A stretch of 64,000 nt of DNA. It comes from Paragordius varius. Taxonomy: Eukaryota > Animalia > Nematomorpha. The translations under genes and the position numbers were made by a program. The notes beneath the pieces are model-generated. The model was not told the origin of the DNA. It made no database searches and was given only the letters and a program-made list of their open reading frames with translations. Below are positions 36,501 through 50,509 of the stretch, in pieces (within the stretch, counting starts at the first letter, position 1; each line of letters begins with the position of its first letter). The DNA lies in the NCBI GenBank assembly GCA_964247055.1, contig OZ176052.1, positions 6,448,001 to 6,512,000 of the forward strand. Direction: 5' to 3'.

Positions 36501-37167
36501 GTAGTTTATTTTAATATTATAGAATTAATCATAAGTAATAACCATTTCATTAAATGTGATAAGTATTAGTTTTAAACTATTTTTAATTTTTATTATCGTA
36601 TCTAATTTACTGAGTGTTTCATTTTGATAAACATACTTGTGATTGAAATGGACACAACCGCATAATTTTTATTAACAATGTAATAGCAACTATAGGCAAA
36701 GATTTACCATGGACATATTTAACTGATGATGATTGTCTGAGGAGTGTAGTTTTAAGGCCTTTCGTTACGCGAGATTTTATGACAGGCATTGCCGCCATAC
36801 CTGGTATTCATATCAGCCATGAGGTATATAATTAATTTGTTTTTCAATTTTATTAAACGAAAAGTTGAGTCGAAAAAATATGGTAAATGATAAAATCTTT
36901 TAAATTCAATAAAAATTTTGTCATTTAAATAAGTTAAATGAAAACTTAATGATAAATTTTAAGAACTTAGACTAAACTTTTAAATCTTAAACAATTTAAT
37001 ATATTTAGGAAAATAACCTTTCATTAATATTTTGATTAATTTTTTTTATATTAATTAATTAGTGTTTGGATGAAATGGTGGAAAAATTGACTTACACCAC
37101 TGAAGGAATATCAAGAGTTTTGTATGATCTTACATCCAAACCACCCGGTACCACTGAATGGGAATAA
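25131..37167 (+). CDS. GMPS: GMP synthase (glutamine-hydrolysing), multi-exon, with large lineage-specific insertions
   Basis: [47 protein letters not shown]-loop [99 protein letters not shown] and terminal [14 protein letters not shown]. Exons joined by GT-AG sites in consistent phase. Confidence 0.96.
28109..28366. mobile_element. Family A foldback/MITE
   Basis: TATACCATTTACAATTCAAATTTACCC...GGGTGAATTTGAACTGTAAATGGTATA. Confidence 0.8.
31281..31580. mobile_element. Family A foldback/MITE
   Basis: Left TATACCATTTACAG; right arm has about 4 units of the 21-mer and a degenerate end. Confidence 0.75.
33014..33627. mobile_element. hAT-like MITE containing a nested family A element and (TA)n(TG)n
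   Basis: CAGGGGTGCCCAAC...GGACACCCCTG; flanks GTTTGAAC / GTTTAACA are an imperfect duplication. Confidence 0.75.
33077..33335. mobile_element. Family A foldback/MITE nested in a hAT-like MITE
   Basis: TATACCATTTACAA...CTGTAAATGGTATA, lying inside 33014-33627. Confidence 0.8.
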
Positions 37168-37920
37168 TTTTTTGTATGTGCGTTGCGCAACACATAATTA
37201 CTTTTTTAACAATAACGTACAAATGTGGAAATTAGTGATTATGAAATCGATATTATTGATTGATTCATAATTTGCATATACATATATATATTTGTGTGCG
37301 CCGCCGCTGTTATGTCTATTTTTTAAATAAAATTTTGCCATTTTTTTCCTTTCATTATATTTTTATCACTCCTTAATGTGATTAATATTTTATCTTTTTG
37401 TAATATATTAAATTAAAACAAAGCATTTTTAAATATTTTATCAAATATGTATCTCGCCATTGGTTGTCTTTGAGAGTAAGAAAGAGTGTGCAATTTCTTT
37501 ATTATTAAACTATTTGGAGGTTTCATATATATATTTGAACCATTATAACTATATTTTACATATGAAATATATGCCGTGGACATAATATTAAAATATGTGT
37601 GCGTGTTACAATACATATATAGTATGCGATATTTGGCCCAAAATACGTACATTACATAATATTTACACACTGAATTTGTAAATTAAATTTATATTATTTT
37701 ATAGTTTTAACATAAAAATGATTGATTTTTGCCCACAAAAAACTAAAGTTTCTAAGGAATATATCTATCAACTAATCAACATATATTAATTGGTCATATA
37801 TGGAGCGATTGTCTAATGGTAATTATAAAAAATATAGAGCACATTGTGAGAGTATCTTTTACACATAATTTGTTATATATAAAACAAACACCTTATTGAA
37901 AATTATTAATAATTATACAA

Positions 37921-40106
37921 CTAATCGCACCTGGTTTCGGGTGATTCAAAATAATTGAAAAATATTTGATAAAACGCTCTACATTCTTTGGCTTTTCCGC
38001 TGGGCGAGGAGTCCACTGTATTGTCAATTTTACTTTTTTTGTTGTTATCCATTTTAGAAGTTTCAGTTGTAGGCGCCGTTTTCCGTTTTTCACATTTATG
38101 ATTGATATATTTAACAAAATGAACTAATCCTTCATCATTGTAAACCAATGCCAGGGAATTTGGGTAGGGATTAATGCATAACAACTATCAATTATGCATC
38201 ATATTAATAAACGTTGAATATCAACAGGATATTTATATCTTAATATTTTGCAACCGTATTACATTAATTTATTTCTTACGATTGTCATCAATAAAAATTA
38301 ATATATATGTAATGTAAAACCAGATTCAAAATGTGATTTCGATCTGATAACGCCTAATCAAAATAAGTCATTTTAATAAAATTAACGAGTGCTAAAATAT
38401 GCCTATTAAAAAAGTTAAAAATTCGATTGGATGATGAAATGATCAAGCAAATAATTCGGTTGTCTAATGAAATTATAAGGCCTTAATAATTGATCACATT
38501 GAATTGATTGTGATAATATTTATTAACGATATTTAATTGAAAAAAAGACATTAAAAATTACAGGCTCTTCCTCGTCCGGATCAATGTAAACCATCTGACC
38601 ACCATATTCTGGATCCCAACCTAGACACACAAAGTAGAGTCTAATGCTTAAAGCTAATCAAAATTAACCGGAAATCTCTTAAAATTCATAGTTAATGATA
38701 AAGGATCTTAGGTTTGTAAAAAACATATATACACTTGCATTTGTCAATACATCAAAATGGATGTAAAATAGTGTTGCATTTAACAAAGTACATTTATAAT
38801 GGTGGATTATAAAGCAAAAGACTTTTTACACAAAGATTATAAGGATTTAAACCACAAACTACTTAATATTCAATTGTTGGGGATCGATTATGAAGTAATT
38901 GATGATTGTGACCGCTTATATATATTTTACAAATATTTTAAGATTCGTTATTACAGGATGCTTTTAATCATTGCTCAATTCACACTATAGTAGGGCAATT
39001 TGCAACACAAAAGTGTATGGAAAAAAAGAAAGGAAATATTTCAACTTCTTGTTTTCCATACACTACTGTGTTGCGAATCGCTCACTATAGTTTGAAATAC
39101 GCAACCATTAAAATGCACACTGTAATATATATTTAATACTTTTATAACCAATTTAAATGGTTATTATCATTTTGTTTGTTTTATTTAATAAAACATCTCT
39201 TTATTTAAGGTGAGGAAGACTAGACTGCATTTACAGTTAAAACTGAAATTATACGGACAAAAAGTAAAAATATAAGGACAAATATTTTTTTCAAAAGGCA
39301 ACCATACTTTTAAAAATTACATTTTTTTTCATATAAATGATAATTTTACAATTATAATATATATAATTGATTTGTTACCAATATACATCTCTATTTTATA
39401 CTTTGTTCTTTAAAACACTGAGTTATAACTAAAAAAATCTAGATTTAAAAAGTATGATTGTCTTTTAGATAAAAATATTTGTCTTATTTTAACGTTTTGT
39501 CCGTATAATTTCAAGTTTCACTGTATATGCGGTTAAATCGGTTATTATGTTTGAAGCGGTCAAATACCAAATCCTATATAAAATATAGTTGTCAACGTTG
39601 GCGAATGTGAAAGCTTTCATGGGTCCTATACATTTTAATCTTATGACCCTTTGAAAAGGATATTAGAGTAATTGAAGTCAGTAATCCCAAAAAATGATGG
39701 ATTTAGCCCAATATCATGAGGTATAAAAAATTGAATATGAAACTGCTGTGGGGTAAAAACTATCCCAATATCTAATTTATACAGACAAAGCAAATATTTT
39801 TCAAAAAGAGTCGGCCGTATATTTTAAACCTTGATTTTTTAAATAAAACTCATTGTTTTAAATTGGTAATACGATCAATTAAATATTTAAAAATTGTAAT
39901 TAATGTATATAAAAAAATTAAGGTTTAAGAAAAGAGGCTTTTAAAAAAAATTGTTTTAAAGTTTTTATGTTTTGTCTGTATAATTTAAATTTTTCCAATT
40001 TAATATATTGTATAAATGGCCCCTTTTGAATTTACCCCAATATCATAGGTATTAAAGTTAATCAAAATAAAATTCCCAAAAACTTAATTAAGCGTTAATT
40101 GCATAA

Positions 40107-40164
<58 letters not shown>

Positions 40165-43100
40165 CACACCCAGCATAAAAACACAGATTGAGCGATCTCT
40201 GATCCAATTCATTGGATGAATCATTCAATAGCGTGTAATCACCCGCTCTAAATTTCCGGACTTCAAAATGAAATCTTGTCCCATAATCTTCTTCACCATC
40301 TGCTAAACATATATAATTAATTTAATGAGAATAAAATCCAAATTTAGATCAAAAAATTAAATTTAATCCAAATTTAAAAATTTATCGTAATAATCGCCGA
40401 AATAGATAGCCGTTAAATTTTGTAAAAATTTAAAAGTAATTGTGATATAATCTATAACTAATACAATTAGTTATATGTAAACGATCTACTGAAAACATAA
40501 CAATTTAATAATAGTTAAATATATCAATCGATCTATATATTATGATATTACAAATACATCTGTGAGTTAATATATTTTTAATTTTTTGTCAAAAAGCCCT
40601 ATAATAAAAAATAAGAAATTTTTGAGTGATTATATCCGACTTAATGTACTTTTGGTTGTGTCAGCAGGTTTTGGTTCTTCCTCAACGATTGCCTTTTCCA
40701 CGTGGATTTCCGTTTCTGTTTTTATATCATCGGGCTTCCCCAAAGAATCGGTTTCCATTGCATTGCTATCTTTTTTCTGTTAATGTTTTGTCAAATTTCA
40801 CGTTAAAATTAATTTTTATTAAGTCATATATTAACAAAATAAATATATTTTTTTATGTGAAAAGATATAATATATAAGCTATTCCACAAAAACATACATG
40901 TTTTCTGCGATCTATACTCTCTTTTCTTTTAGCTGAATATCGCGTAGATTTCCCTTCCGAGTGCGAATCACCAGACATTTCTAATAAATAATTTTTTTGA
41001 TATATAATTTAAATTTTTGCGATTTTTATTAAAGCAAACTATAATATTAAAGCAAAAAAAAGGCTTCAAAATGAATCGAAAAGGTATTAGAATTTTCATT
41101 ATTTTATGATATAGTATAAAAATTTCGGTTTTTATTAAAAAAATGACAACCTTCACCATTAACGCTTTCTGGTTTTTCATCAGCTGATGTGGAGAGGGGA
41201 TGTAAATTTAAGCCTGTCATGTTGGCCAAAATGAGAAACATGGCTTCTGAACCAAACAATGTTGAAGCTTGACGAATCGTATTTACGGCTTTTTTGCTTT
41301 CTTCATTCAATTGTTGGTATAGGGAATTCTAAATTATGATTTTTCGGTTTAATATTTTTTTGGTAACGATAGTAGTATAAAATTTAATTCCTACAAAAGA
41401 TAAACTTATGTTTTTAGATGTTTTTATAATAATTAGGGTACGTTACATTTTTATCCAAAGATATAAATATTTTAAGGAAAAACAGTTACTATTTAAAAAA
41501 TCGTTTTAGTTTATTTAAATAGTATGGCCAAAACGATTCTGATTTTCATAAAAAACTACTCGTTACCGAATTTATATGCCCTGGTCCATACCAAGACGAT
41601 CATATATACATCTCGTAATCATAAGCAAACAGGAAAAATGTACATTAAAAAATAAAGTATCTGAAATTAAGTAAATCCACAAAAAAGTATAAATTGAGGC
41701 TAAATTATAACTTATTTATCAAAATATTTTGATGTTAAAAGAAAAATAACTTTTTGAAATCACATGTGTACTTACTTCGCTAATTTTTTGGTTAGGGTTA
41801 TCAAAGGGACTCGGTTCAATATTTGTGTCTTGAGCTTGTTTGTTGCCATCCAACAACGGTTTAATATTTAATAAATTTGAATTAACAACCATGTAACTCC
41901 TATTAATTAAATAAGCCAAAATTTATTCTATACATTCTGTCAATAAGTTTTTTAACCTATTTTAGATTTTAAACGTATTATTTATGGATGTAAATACAAT
42001 TTATTTATTAAATTTATTAGTAAATAAAAAATTGGATTGACTCTACATTTATACGATTAAAGAGTCACATATATAAAATATCGTCACACCAAAAAGGCCT
42101 TAAAGGCGATTTTAAATATTATCTTAATAATTTTATTAAAAATGACAATATCAAAAATAGTAATCAAAGAAATAAATTAAGACCGTTAAATATATATATC
42201 ACAAAATAGGTTTTATAAATAATTAACGAATTACATAAAAAATAGTATTGTTTATTCCTTATAAAATAAAAAAATTCCAAATATAACATCCATTTAATAT
42301 AAGTAAAAAATCTTAAATGATAGTTATATTAATAGTTAGAATTCAGAAGTAATTAGTAAAAATGAACCTTTTAAAACGGGGACCCTTAACCTCCCAACAA
42401 GCGTCTGGAAGGGCATCTAAAGCCTTAATCAAATCGTCGTATCTGTCCTCGTTAAGAAAAGAAGTCAAATTAATTTCGGATGTTTCACAAAATGTTTGTT
42501 GGATACGGCTAATAGTTTTTTCATCCAAATAACTTGGATTTATCCAATCGTATATGCAATCCTCCTTAAAAATTGAACAAAATATATTCCTATAAAATCC
42601 ATCGTATTTTAAGGGCCTGGCCAGAAAACTAGGACCGAAAACTATTGATTTTTGGGGGCTGTTTTGGAATCAAAAACCGTTCGGTTTCCACAATACATAA
42701 AATGAAGTTGTATATTAAACAGCAAAATATATGTAAGGTATTTATAGATGATTTATAAAAAGTTATATATTTATATGCTATAAAAGTTTTGTTAAAGGAA
42801 AATTAATTACATAATCCAAGGTATTTCTAGATATAACCAACTCCTAACATAGATATAAAGTTTTGGAACATCAATTATTCTTCAAACAATGTTGCGTTAT
42901 TATAGTAATTATTAAGAAAAAGATGAATGGCCTTAGATATCCGAGAAACTGAAATAACTTAGCGGAAGCTGTATCTGATAAAAACCCAGATAAAAAAACT
43001 TTATAGACACGTTTTTAATAGAACACACTCCCTTGATACATTATTTTAGCATATGGTGAACATGGTAGATATAATTATTAATTGGAAATATGTAAACTCC

Positions 43101-44564
43101 GGCAAAAATCAAATTTATCTATCTATAAATTTTCGTTCAAGACAAGTAAAAGTTTTCATGTTAAAAATATTTTATGGTTTGCTTACATGGAAAAACAAAA
43201 CGATATAGGGTTGACTTAGAGATAAACATTTGAATAATTAAACCAAATAGAAAGAATAATTATTTTATTATAAATGTGTTTACTTCAATAGGTAATGGTT
43301 TAACCATATCAACAGGAAAATATATAGAGGGCAAATGAAGTAACAAAGGTTTTTCTCCATGAAACCAACCCGAAACTGTCAATCGATCCTTGCCTTCTAC
43401 CTTTAATTCTGACACCTTTTAATAAATAATTTAAAAAATTAAATGCGACGAAATCAATAAAAGCAATTTCTTCAATTAAAATTCAAAATTTTAAGAGCAT
43501 AACATGATTATCTAGCCAAATTTAGCTATCAAAATTAATATTTATCGCGTAATTTATAAAATTTATAATACAAATTTCTAAACACTTTGCCACTTTTATA
43601 AAATATATATTTAAAATGCGATAATTTAAATTGATTATTTCGTTCTTGCTAAAAGCCAATAATAATGCTCATGTGCATGCTATCTGTAAATATTAAATAA
43701 AAAGATAGCAATGTATACTTACATATTGTCTATAATAAATAATTACAATTTTTAAAAGGCGGTATATTCTTATATAACAAATTAGTTTTACTTGATGGAA
43801 AGATTTGTCAGACACTTCAAATAAAACAAGTTGATTCCAAGTTGGCAAATATTCAGTTACAATGGCATCCGGTTGATTTTGATCATTAAGACCAAACAGA
43901 CCAAGCAATCCACCATAACTGGCTTCCCAGGGTTCCGGATTTAAATATAAAATGAAAGCAAATCTACGACTTTCACTTTGATCATCATGACACAACAAAA
44001 CATCTATCAATATAATATATAATTATTTGAGTCGTTAAAATTATTTTAAAAAAGAAATAAAACTGTAAGAATGATAATTTATATTAATCAATACAGATAA
44101 AAAAATTTTACCACTGTAATTATATTTGGCAGCAAAGATATCAATTTTATCGCTTAATGGAGTTTTGGTAATACGGTTTACTAATTTTCTAAAATCTTGA
44201 TAAACTGTATTTCTAAAATTTATGTCGGTAAATAACTTTAATTGTTCCAGATTGCTTGAATTTAATGTCATAAGGTCTTTCGACTAGAATGTTAAAAATA
44301 ATATACTTGACTAAAACGATATAGATCATTATCTTTATTTAAATAATTTAATGTCTTTAATTCATTACACAAACTATTTAGAAAATTGGCGTCATTAATA
44401 AAATTTTTGAACACATAATGAGGGAAGGGTAATTCGTGGTATTCAATATCCTCACCTATGATTAAAATAAAAATTTTACCAATAAATCCATTATTTTTTG
44501 TAGATATTTTCTGAGTCACAGAATTAATAAAGTTTTCATCGTAAAATAAAGGATTTAAAGCCAT
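37921..44564 (-). CDS. OGFOD1: 2-oxoglutarate/Fe(II) prolyl 3-hydroxylase OGFOD1/Tpa1-like, multi-exon
   Basis: PFPHYVF, KDNDLYRFSQ, LLCHDDQ (HxD), RRFAFILYL, GGLLGLF, PTWNQLVLFEVSDKSFHQV (distal His), DRLTVSGWF (2OG-binding Arg); second domain WINPSYL, RKFRAGDYTLL, GWDPEYGG, NSLALVYND and FVKYINH. Confidence 0.92.
38954..39122. mobile_element. Second Tc1/mariner-type MITE family (second copy at 32085-32306)
   Basis: TA|CAGGATGCTTTTAAT...ATTAAAATGCACACTG|TA; fully palindromic including TTCACACTATAGT and AGTGTATGGAAAA blocks. Confidence 0.7.
39234..39523. mobile_element. Tc1/mariner-type MITE (related degenerate copies at about 20140-20385 and 39770-40000)
   Basis: TA|CAGTTAAAACTGAAATTATACGGACAAAA...TTTTGTCCGTATAATTTCAAGTTTCACTG|TA. 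Confidence 0.75.
40108..40160. repeat. (TA)n microsatellite (others at about 18128, 21553, 27347, 33439, 47368, 55939 and 56680)
   Basis: Pure TA run abutting the splice donor of an OGFOD1 exon. Confidence 0.95.
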
Positions 44565-44871
44565 ATATTTTCTGGCGTGATCTAGAGATTATTTAAATTC
44601 AGATGACTAAGTGAAAACAAACAAAATTGTAGTACGACAAGCATGTGTATATTTTTTTACTGATAGTTATACTGGGATGTTTTTACCTTGAGAGTTTTAT
44701 ATACATTGGGGTTATTTTTACAAAATATGTAAACATATTTGAGGGCAAAATTAACATATATTAATTTTAAATTAATATTTTTATATAATAAACATTAAGC
44801 CCGGTTGGTAGAGAATGGGTGACGTCCTTATCAGTTGAGTTATGAATGATCTTTTGCCCAACCTATGTTAA

Positions 44872-45451
44872 CACTTGGATACAACACACTCATTTTAGTC
44901 CTTCGATTCAAATTGGGGTAGTTGAATACCCCAGGCCTGTCTAAAATCAAAAACTTTAAAAAGTATGGAAGCAATCGAAATCATGGCAAAATTTTGCACT
45001 TTTATAACATTAATAAACCGAAATATATAAAAAATTTTATTCAAAAATACTTGATATTACTTATTTTGAGTTAAAACTGAAAGGTAAAAATTTAGTCAAC
45101 GTGACATGTGTCAAATTGTAAAATTAAAAAATAATATAAAATAAACCGCTTTTCCTATTTCAATCAATGTTATATGTAATTTATATAAAAAATAAGCTAG
45201 TTTTACCCTTAAAATTAAATGCAGACGACATTTTGCAAAATTTTTGTAAAATAAAAATGGCGTCGAAGTAGTTTGAGATGGAACTTTTTTTTTCAAAACA
45301 AAATTTTATCAAGATATTTTGACATATTTATATAATATTTATTAAGATAGAAGCATAAATTTAAATTGGAACCGTTTCCTTCAGTAGTTTTTTAAAAATT
45401 TTAATTTAAATTTAGTCTGGGGTATTTAGATACCCCAATTTGAATCAAGTG
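44872..45451 (-). mobile_element. piggyBac-like non-autonomous element (reverse orientation)
   Basis: TTAA at 44868-44871 and 45452-45455; CACTT/AAGTG termini; same internal sequence as 13238-13753 and 49972-50509. Confidence 0.82.
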
Positions 45452-47366
45452 TTAAATACGGGTTTATGAAAAATTCCAATCATCCAGAAATCAGTTTTTT
45501 AAGTTTTCCGAACGTGGATGTTTATAATTTAATAATGAAGTTTTTTATATGTTTTACGCAGTTGCCGAGAGTGACCGATTTTCTTTCTTGAATAAGTCCT
45601 TTTGCAAAAATAATAGCATTAGAATTCCGAATGAAATTTTTTTCTATTTTAAATTTTTAAGCTGTACACTGTAAAAATTCGAGTTGTTCATCATTTGTGT
45701 AGATTCCTTAGTTTTCCATCCTTCCAAAAATAGGTTTTTTTTGAAGAAAATGTTGGATTTGAAGCAATATTCTCAAAAACTTACACCATTAATAAACAAA
45801 TATACGATCTTAGACATTTCTAAAAGTGCCGTAGGTAACTGAGCCATTTTAATGTCAGCCCCTTAAAAATTTTGGTTTTCTAGCAATATACCAGAGAGTA
45901 GACATTAATGATTCAACAATGGATACATTTTTAAATATGCCCACGGAAAGCCATTTTCTTATTAGACCTTTGTTTATCCCAATCATTTCTAAAAGAGGAT
46001 AATCGCCAAATGTGTAGGTCCATCGAATCCTAGCATGTCAAAATTTGGCAAAAGCAGAAAACGCTTTTTTGAATTAATTTTTTTGGGGTGTTTAATCATT
46101 TTTACATTGCTAATACAAATATAAATAATTGATGAAAATGTGTGCATATTTGCATTCATTTCGCATAAGGAGCGCTTTCCCCATTTTTAAATCTAAAAAG
46201 CTCGCTTAAAAATATATTCAAAAAGTATCAGGGTGTAAGTTAAACAAAAAATATTTTTATAAACTTTGTATGCTTTGATAAAAAAAACATCAGTCTTTTG
46301 ACGTTTTTGCTGGACTTAATATACACTATCGTAGTTTCCAAAATCGAAAGCCTGTAATTAACGAACTTAATTTAAATCAAATACATCCGATTAATTTATC
46401 ATTTAATTTAAAATGAAAAACAAGAAATAACGAAAGTTTTTCCATTCTAACACCTGCGAAGGGTGATAAGGTGTTAATTTTTGCTCTATTCTTTAAGGTC
46501 TAAATTTTTTAAAACAATTTAAATGAGCTAATGCTTTAACCCTAAATCACAGAAATATAGCGATAAAAATATTTAATAAATTGTGAAATTAATTATTCGA
46601 CAGATATCTTTTGCAGACATTTTTGCCTGAAGCGATAAGAAAATCTTTTTTCACAATTCAATTTCGCTAAAGATTTCTATTGCAAAGATTTGTACGACTT
46701 CGATTTTTAATTTTTTTAAAGACAATATATATATTTAAGAAAAATTCTGTGGTGAGCAAATTTATCATCAAACTCTGATAGGATAAAAATGTTCGGGCGC
46801 ATCTTCAGTGCCTTTAAGTATGCATCTGTCGAAAATAGCTAAAATTCAACTATAAAACAAAAGATAAATGAAAATTGGTTTTTAATTATAATCTAGCCCA
46901 TATAGTTATTTTTTATCGCGGAACGGCTTTTTTGCGTTTATTCAAAGATTCTAGTCCATTTCTACGCGTTTTTAAATTTTCAAACTATAAAAATTATATC
47001 ATAAATTAAAACAAAGGTAGATATACTTCTAAAAATCTTCAAATTATATAGATTCAAGTGTCATTCGATATTCAGCACTGACCACAAAAGTGGACGAATA
47101 TTTTTAAATAGCTGGTAAACCCCAAAACCAATATTATTATGAAATTACTTATATAGTTTTTATCAGAAATATTACAGAATGTATTTCTATGATCCCCGAT
47201 TTAGTAATTTGTGTATATAGATTATTCATTTCATTCTAATTTTTTCATTTATATGTAGATGAGAAACTTTAATTATATTCAAGTCATTCATTATATTCTG
47301 GAATTATTTTTTGCATTTGCCGAGGACATTCGCTAAAACAAAAAGAGATTAAAAAGATCAAAAAAT

Positions 47367-47400
<34 letters not shown>

Positions 47401-49176
47401 TTATACAGTGAAATTTAATTATATAACGGATCAAGAGCATCAAACTAATATATATTTTTCCACATATCCCTTTTTTAACTTTTTTAAATTAAAATTCGAC
47501 ACTATATTTTCTGTTATTAAATTTATCTAGCTAGCTTAGCTATATATCTAAATTAGAGTGCACTTTGTCCAAACCAACAGCTACCAATAACTATAATGAT
47601 GAGTTAGTGAAGTTCCCTTGGGACTTTTTTTATAAAATAGGTTTTTTATTTCAATGAATGACAATGTGTTTGTAGAGGTATCACACATATAAATATATAC
47701 CATGCTGAAGTGATTGTTTATTAATAGTAAAGGCTCTATTTTTCGGTAGTTTTATAGTGGCGTATGGCATAAAATAATGTTAGTCCATAAAAGTAAAAAA
47801 AAAATATTCCTTTTAAAAAAACAGCCCTAGTTGTATGATAGACATATCCATAATATCCCCTTGTTTTTTTAAAAAAAACCTTTTAACATTTTTTATTCTT
47901 TTATGGACTAACATTGTTTTGTGCCATACGCTAATGTATATTTGTGGCTTCAGTGTTATAAAAAACAAGAACCGATAAACAATAACTATGGAAATGGTCG
48001 TCAAGATACACGGATTTCGATTTTTTTGTGAAATTATGGATTTTTCATTAAAACATTGTTGTTTATTCATTTGTATATCATATGTGATATTTATGCGACA
48101 AACAATAATATAAAATATTATATTTATCAAAATAGTGAAAATGAACCAACAAATTTCCAAAAGATTACAGGAAACATAATGAATAAATACACCAACAACT
48201 AAGCTAGTTTATTAATTTTATTATATAAACTCTAAAAAAACCTCTCAGCCGTAGTATGGTTATTTTTTTTTATAAAATATATAATACAAAAACTTTATGT
48301 CACACATATCCTTGTGTTCAAGTTATGGAAAAAATCTGGAATCATCTTCGTTCATTTGTATTGATTTATTTTACATCACATTAAAGGAAATATTTAAAAT
48401 CCTTATATTTATAATTCCATCATTTTTTTTCTAAATATTTGTAGATTATTAATTTATTAATTTTGAAAGTTATTTTCAAAATATTTTACTAATTACTTTG
48501 TTTTCAAATATTCTTCTATTCTATAATTTGTATCGTGTATAGTTTGGCTGGATATTTCCACAAATTAAATAATATCTTAATCCCATTAAAAAATTTTTTG
48601 CCATAATAAAAAATTATTTTATGGATTGAACTGTATTTAACCAAACCCACCGCCTTAACTTCGTAAAAAAATTATATTAAACGGTATTACAATATGGGAA
48701 ACATAAATAATTATGTTTTTAGCTAAATATTAACCTATTTACATTATCTGCTATCTTTATTAATGGTAATAAAATCTCTGTAAAAAAGATTTTTAGTTTC
48801 CTGCACCATATTATTCTGCCTTGATGATCTTACTTTATCTATAAAATTTCTGTGCTGATACAACCACAAAAAATAAAAATAAAATTATTTTTTGATTTGC
48901 AAATATATGGAAGTTTGTTGGCTATTCCGGCCAGAAATGAGAATATATTTATGAAAAACTATCTCTTGGATATTATTTTACAAATTTTTGCTTTATGAAA
49001 CATGATACCATCTTATAAATATCATCTTATTAGAGCCATATCGCTGAATCAAATGGATACTATATAATATTAACATCTTCCTCCCATTTGATATACGTAC
49101 AAATAGATCGGTTATTGATTGGAAATTCATATTCAGGTATTTAATTTGTTTCATATAATGGAATGAATGACATCAA

Positions 49177-49513
49177 TATACCATTTACAGTTCAAATTCA
49201 CCCTTAAACAATTCAAATTCACCCTTAAACAATTCAAATGCACCCTCGAACAATTCAAATTCACCCTCAAATAAATTACATGTTTTTTAAGATTAACAAT
49301 TACCTATATTTTAATATATTTTTAAAAAGTAAAATTTTGTTTTAAATTAAAATAATACTGAAAAAAATAATTAATTATGCCATAAAGATATATTTTATAT
49401 TAATAATGAGTTATATTAGTTCGAAAACACATAATTTATTTTTAGGGTGAATTTGAATTGTTCGAGGGTGAATTTGAATTGTTCAAGGGTGAATTTGAAC
49501 TGTAAATGGTATA
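49177..49513. mobile_element. Family A foldback/MITE
   Basis: TATACCATTTACAG...CTGTAAATGGTATA; 4 left and 3 right 21-bp units. Confidence 0.85.
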
Positions 49514-49971
49514 TATTATGTCCTTTTCGGCCAAGGATGTTTTTTTGAATTATTAAAGTTTATTGTTCCGCTCGATAAAAATTTGAATATTTTTTGTTTC
49601 TTTAACTTGCAAAATTATGTTTTAGGGTACAGGGTTTAAACAGTTTCTCAGTTAATTCTCTAACTTCTTTGATTTCTAAATATAAACTGTATAACAAAAA
49701 AATTAAAAAATCCAATCACACCACGTTAAGTCTGTGTCACCAACCTCACAGAATTTTAGTAAAATAATAAGTTTTGGAATAATTCAAATTAAACTATATG
49801 GACTCCCATTAGCGTTCTTAATCCCATTAAATATCTACCCTTTAACTTTTAAACTTAAAATTAATTACGGTTTATCACGAATGAATAGGACACTAATTAT
49901 TTTTAAGCTAAAATCCGGAACTTTATTATATTTCTGTTAAACAATAAGCCAAAACATTTTATATTTATTAA

Positions 49972-50509
49972 CACTTTGATTTCAAATTGGGGTATCTAAA
50001 TACCCCAGACTAAATTTAAGTTAGTCCCCATTTAAATTGCTTCTATACTGATAAAAATTATATAAATGCCAAAAAATTTTGATAAAATTTTGTTTTGAAA
50101 AAAAGTTCCATTAACTACTTCGACGCCATTTTTATTTTACAAATTTTTGCAAAATATCGTCATCATTTAATTTTAACGGTAAAACTAAAGCTAAATTTTT
50201 ATAAATAACATCTAACATTGATAGAAATAGAAAAAGCGATTTATTTTGTATTATTTTTTAATTTTACCATTTGACACATGTCACGTTGACGAAATTTTTA
50301 CCTTTCGGTTTTAGCTTAAAATATTTAATATCAAATATTTTTGAATAAAATTTTTATACATTTAGGTTTATTTATGTTATATATGTGCAAAATTTTGCCA
50401 TGGTTTCGATTTCCATACTTTTTAGAGTATTTGATTTTAAACAGGCCTGGGGTATCCAACTACCCCAATTTGAATCGAAGGACTAAAATGAGTGTGTTGT
50501 ATCCAAGTG
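49972..50509 (+). mobile_element. piggyBac-like non-autonomous element
   Basis: TTAA at 49968-49971 and 50510-50513; GGGGTATCTAAATACCCC palindrome near each end. Confidence 0.82.

Noticed and set aside
38983-39092. CACTA-superfamily element suggested by CACTATAGT inverted repeats
   Set aside because: The palindrome extends outward to TA|CAG...CTG|TA in both copies, so CACTA is internal and the element is Tc1/mariner-like.
46790-46815. Minus-strand CTGAAGA...GAA as another hammerhead (similar motif at about 51231)
   Set aside because: No plausible stem II or stem I pairing.
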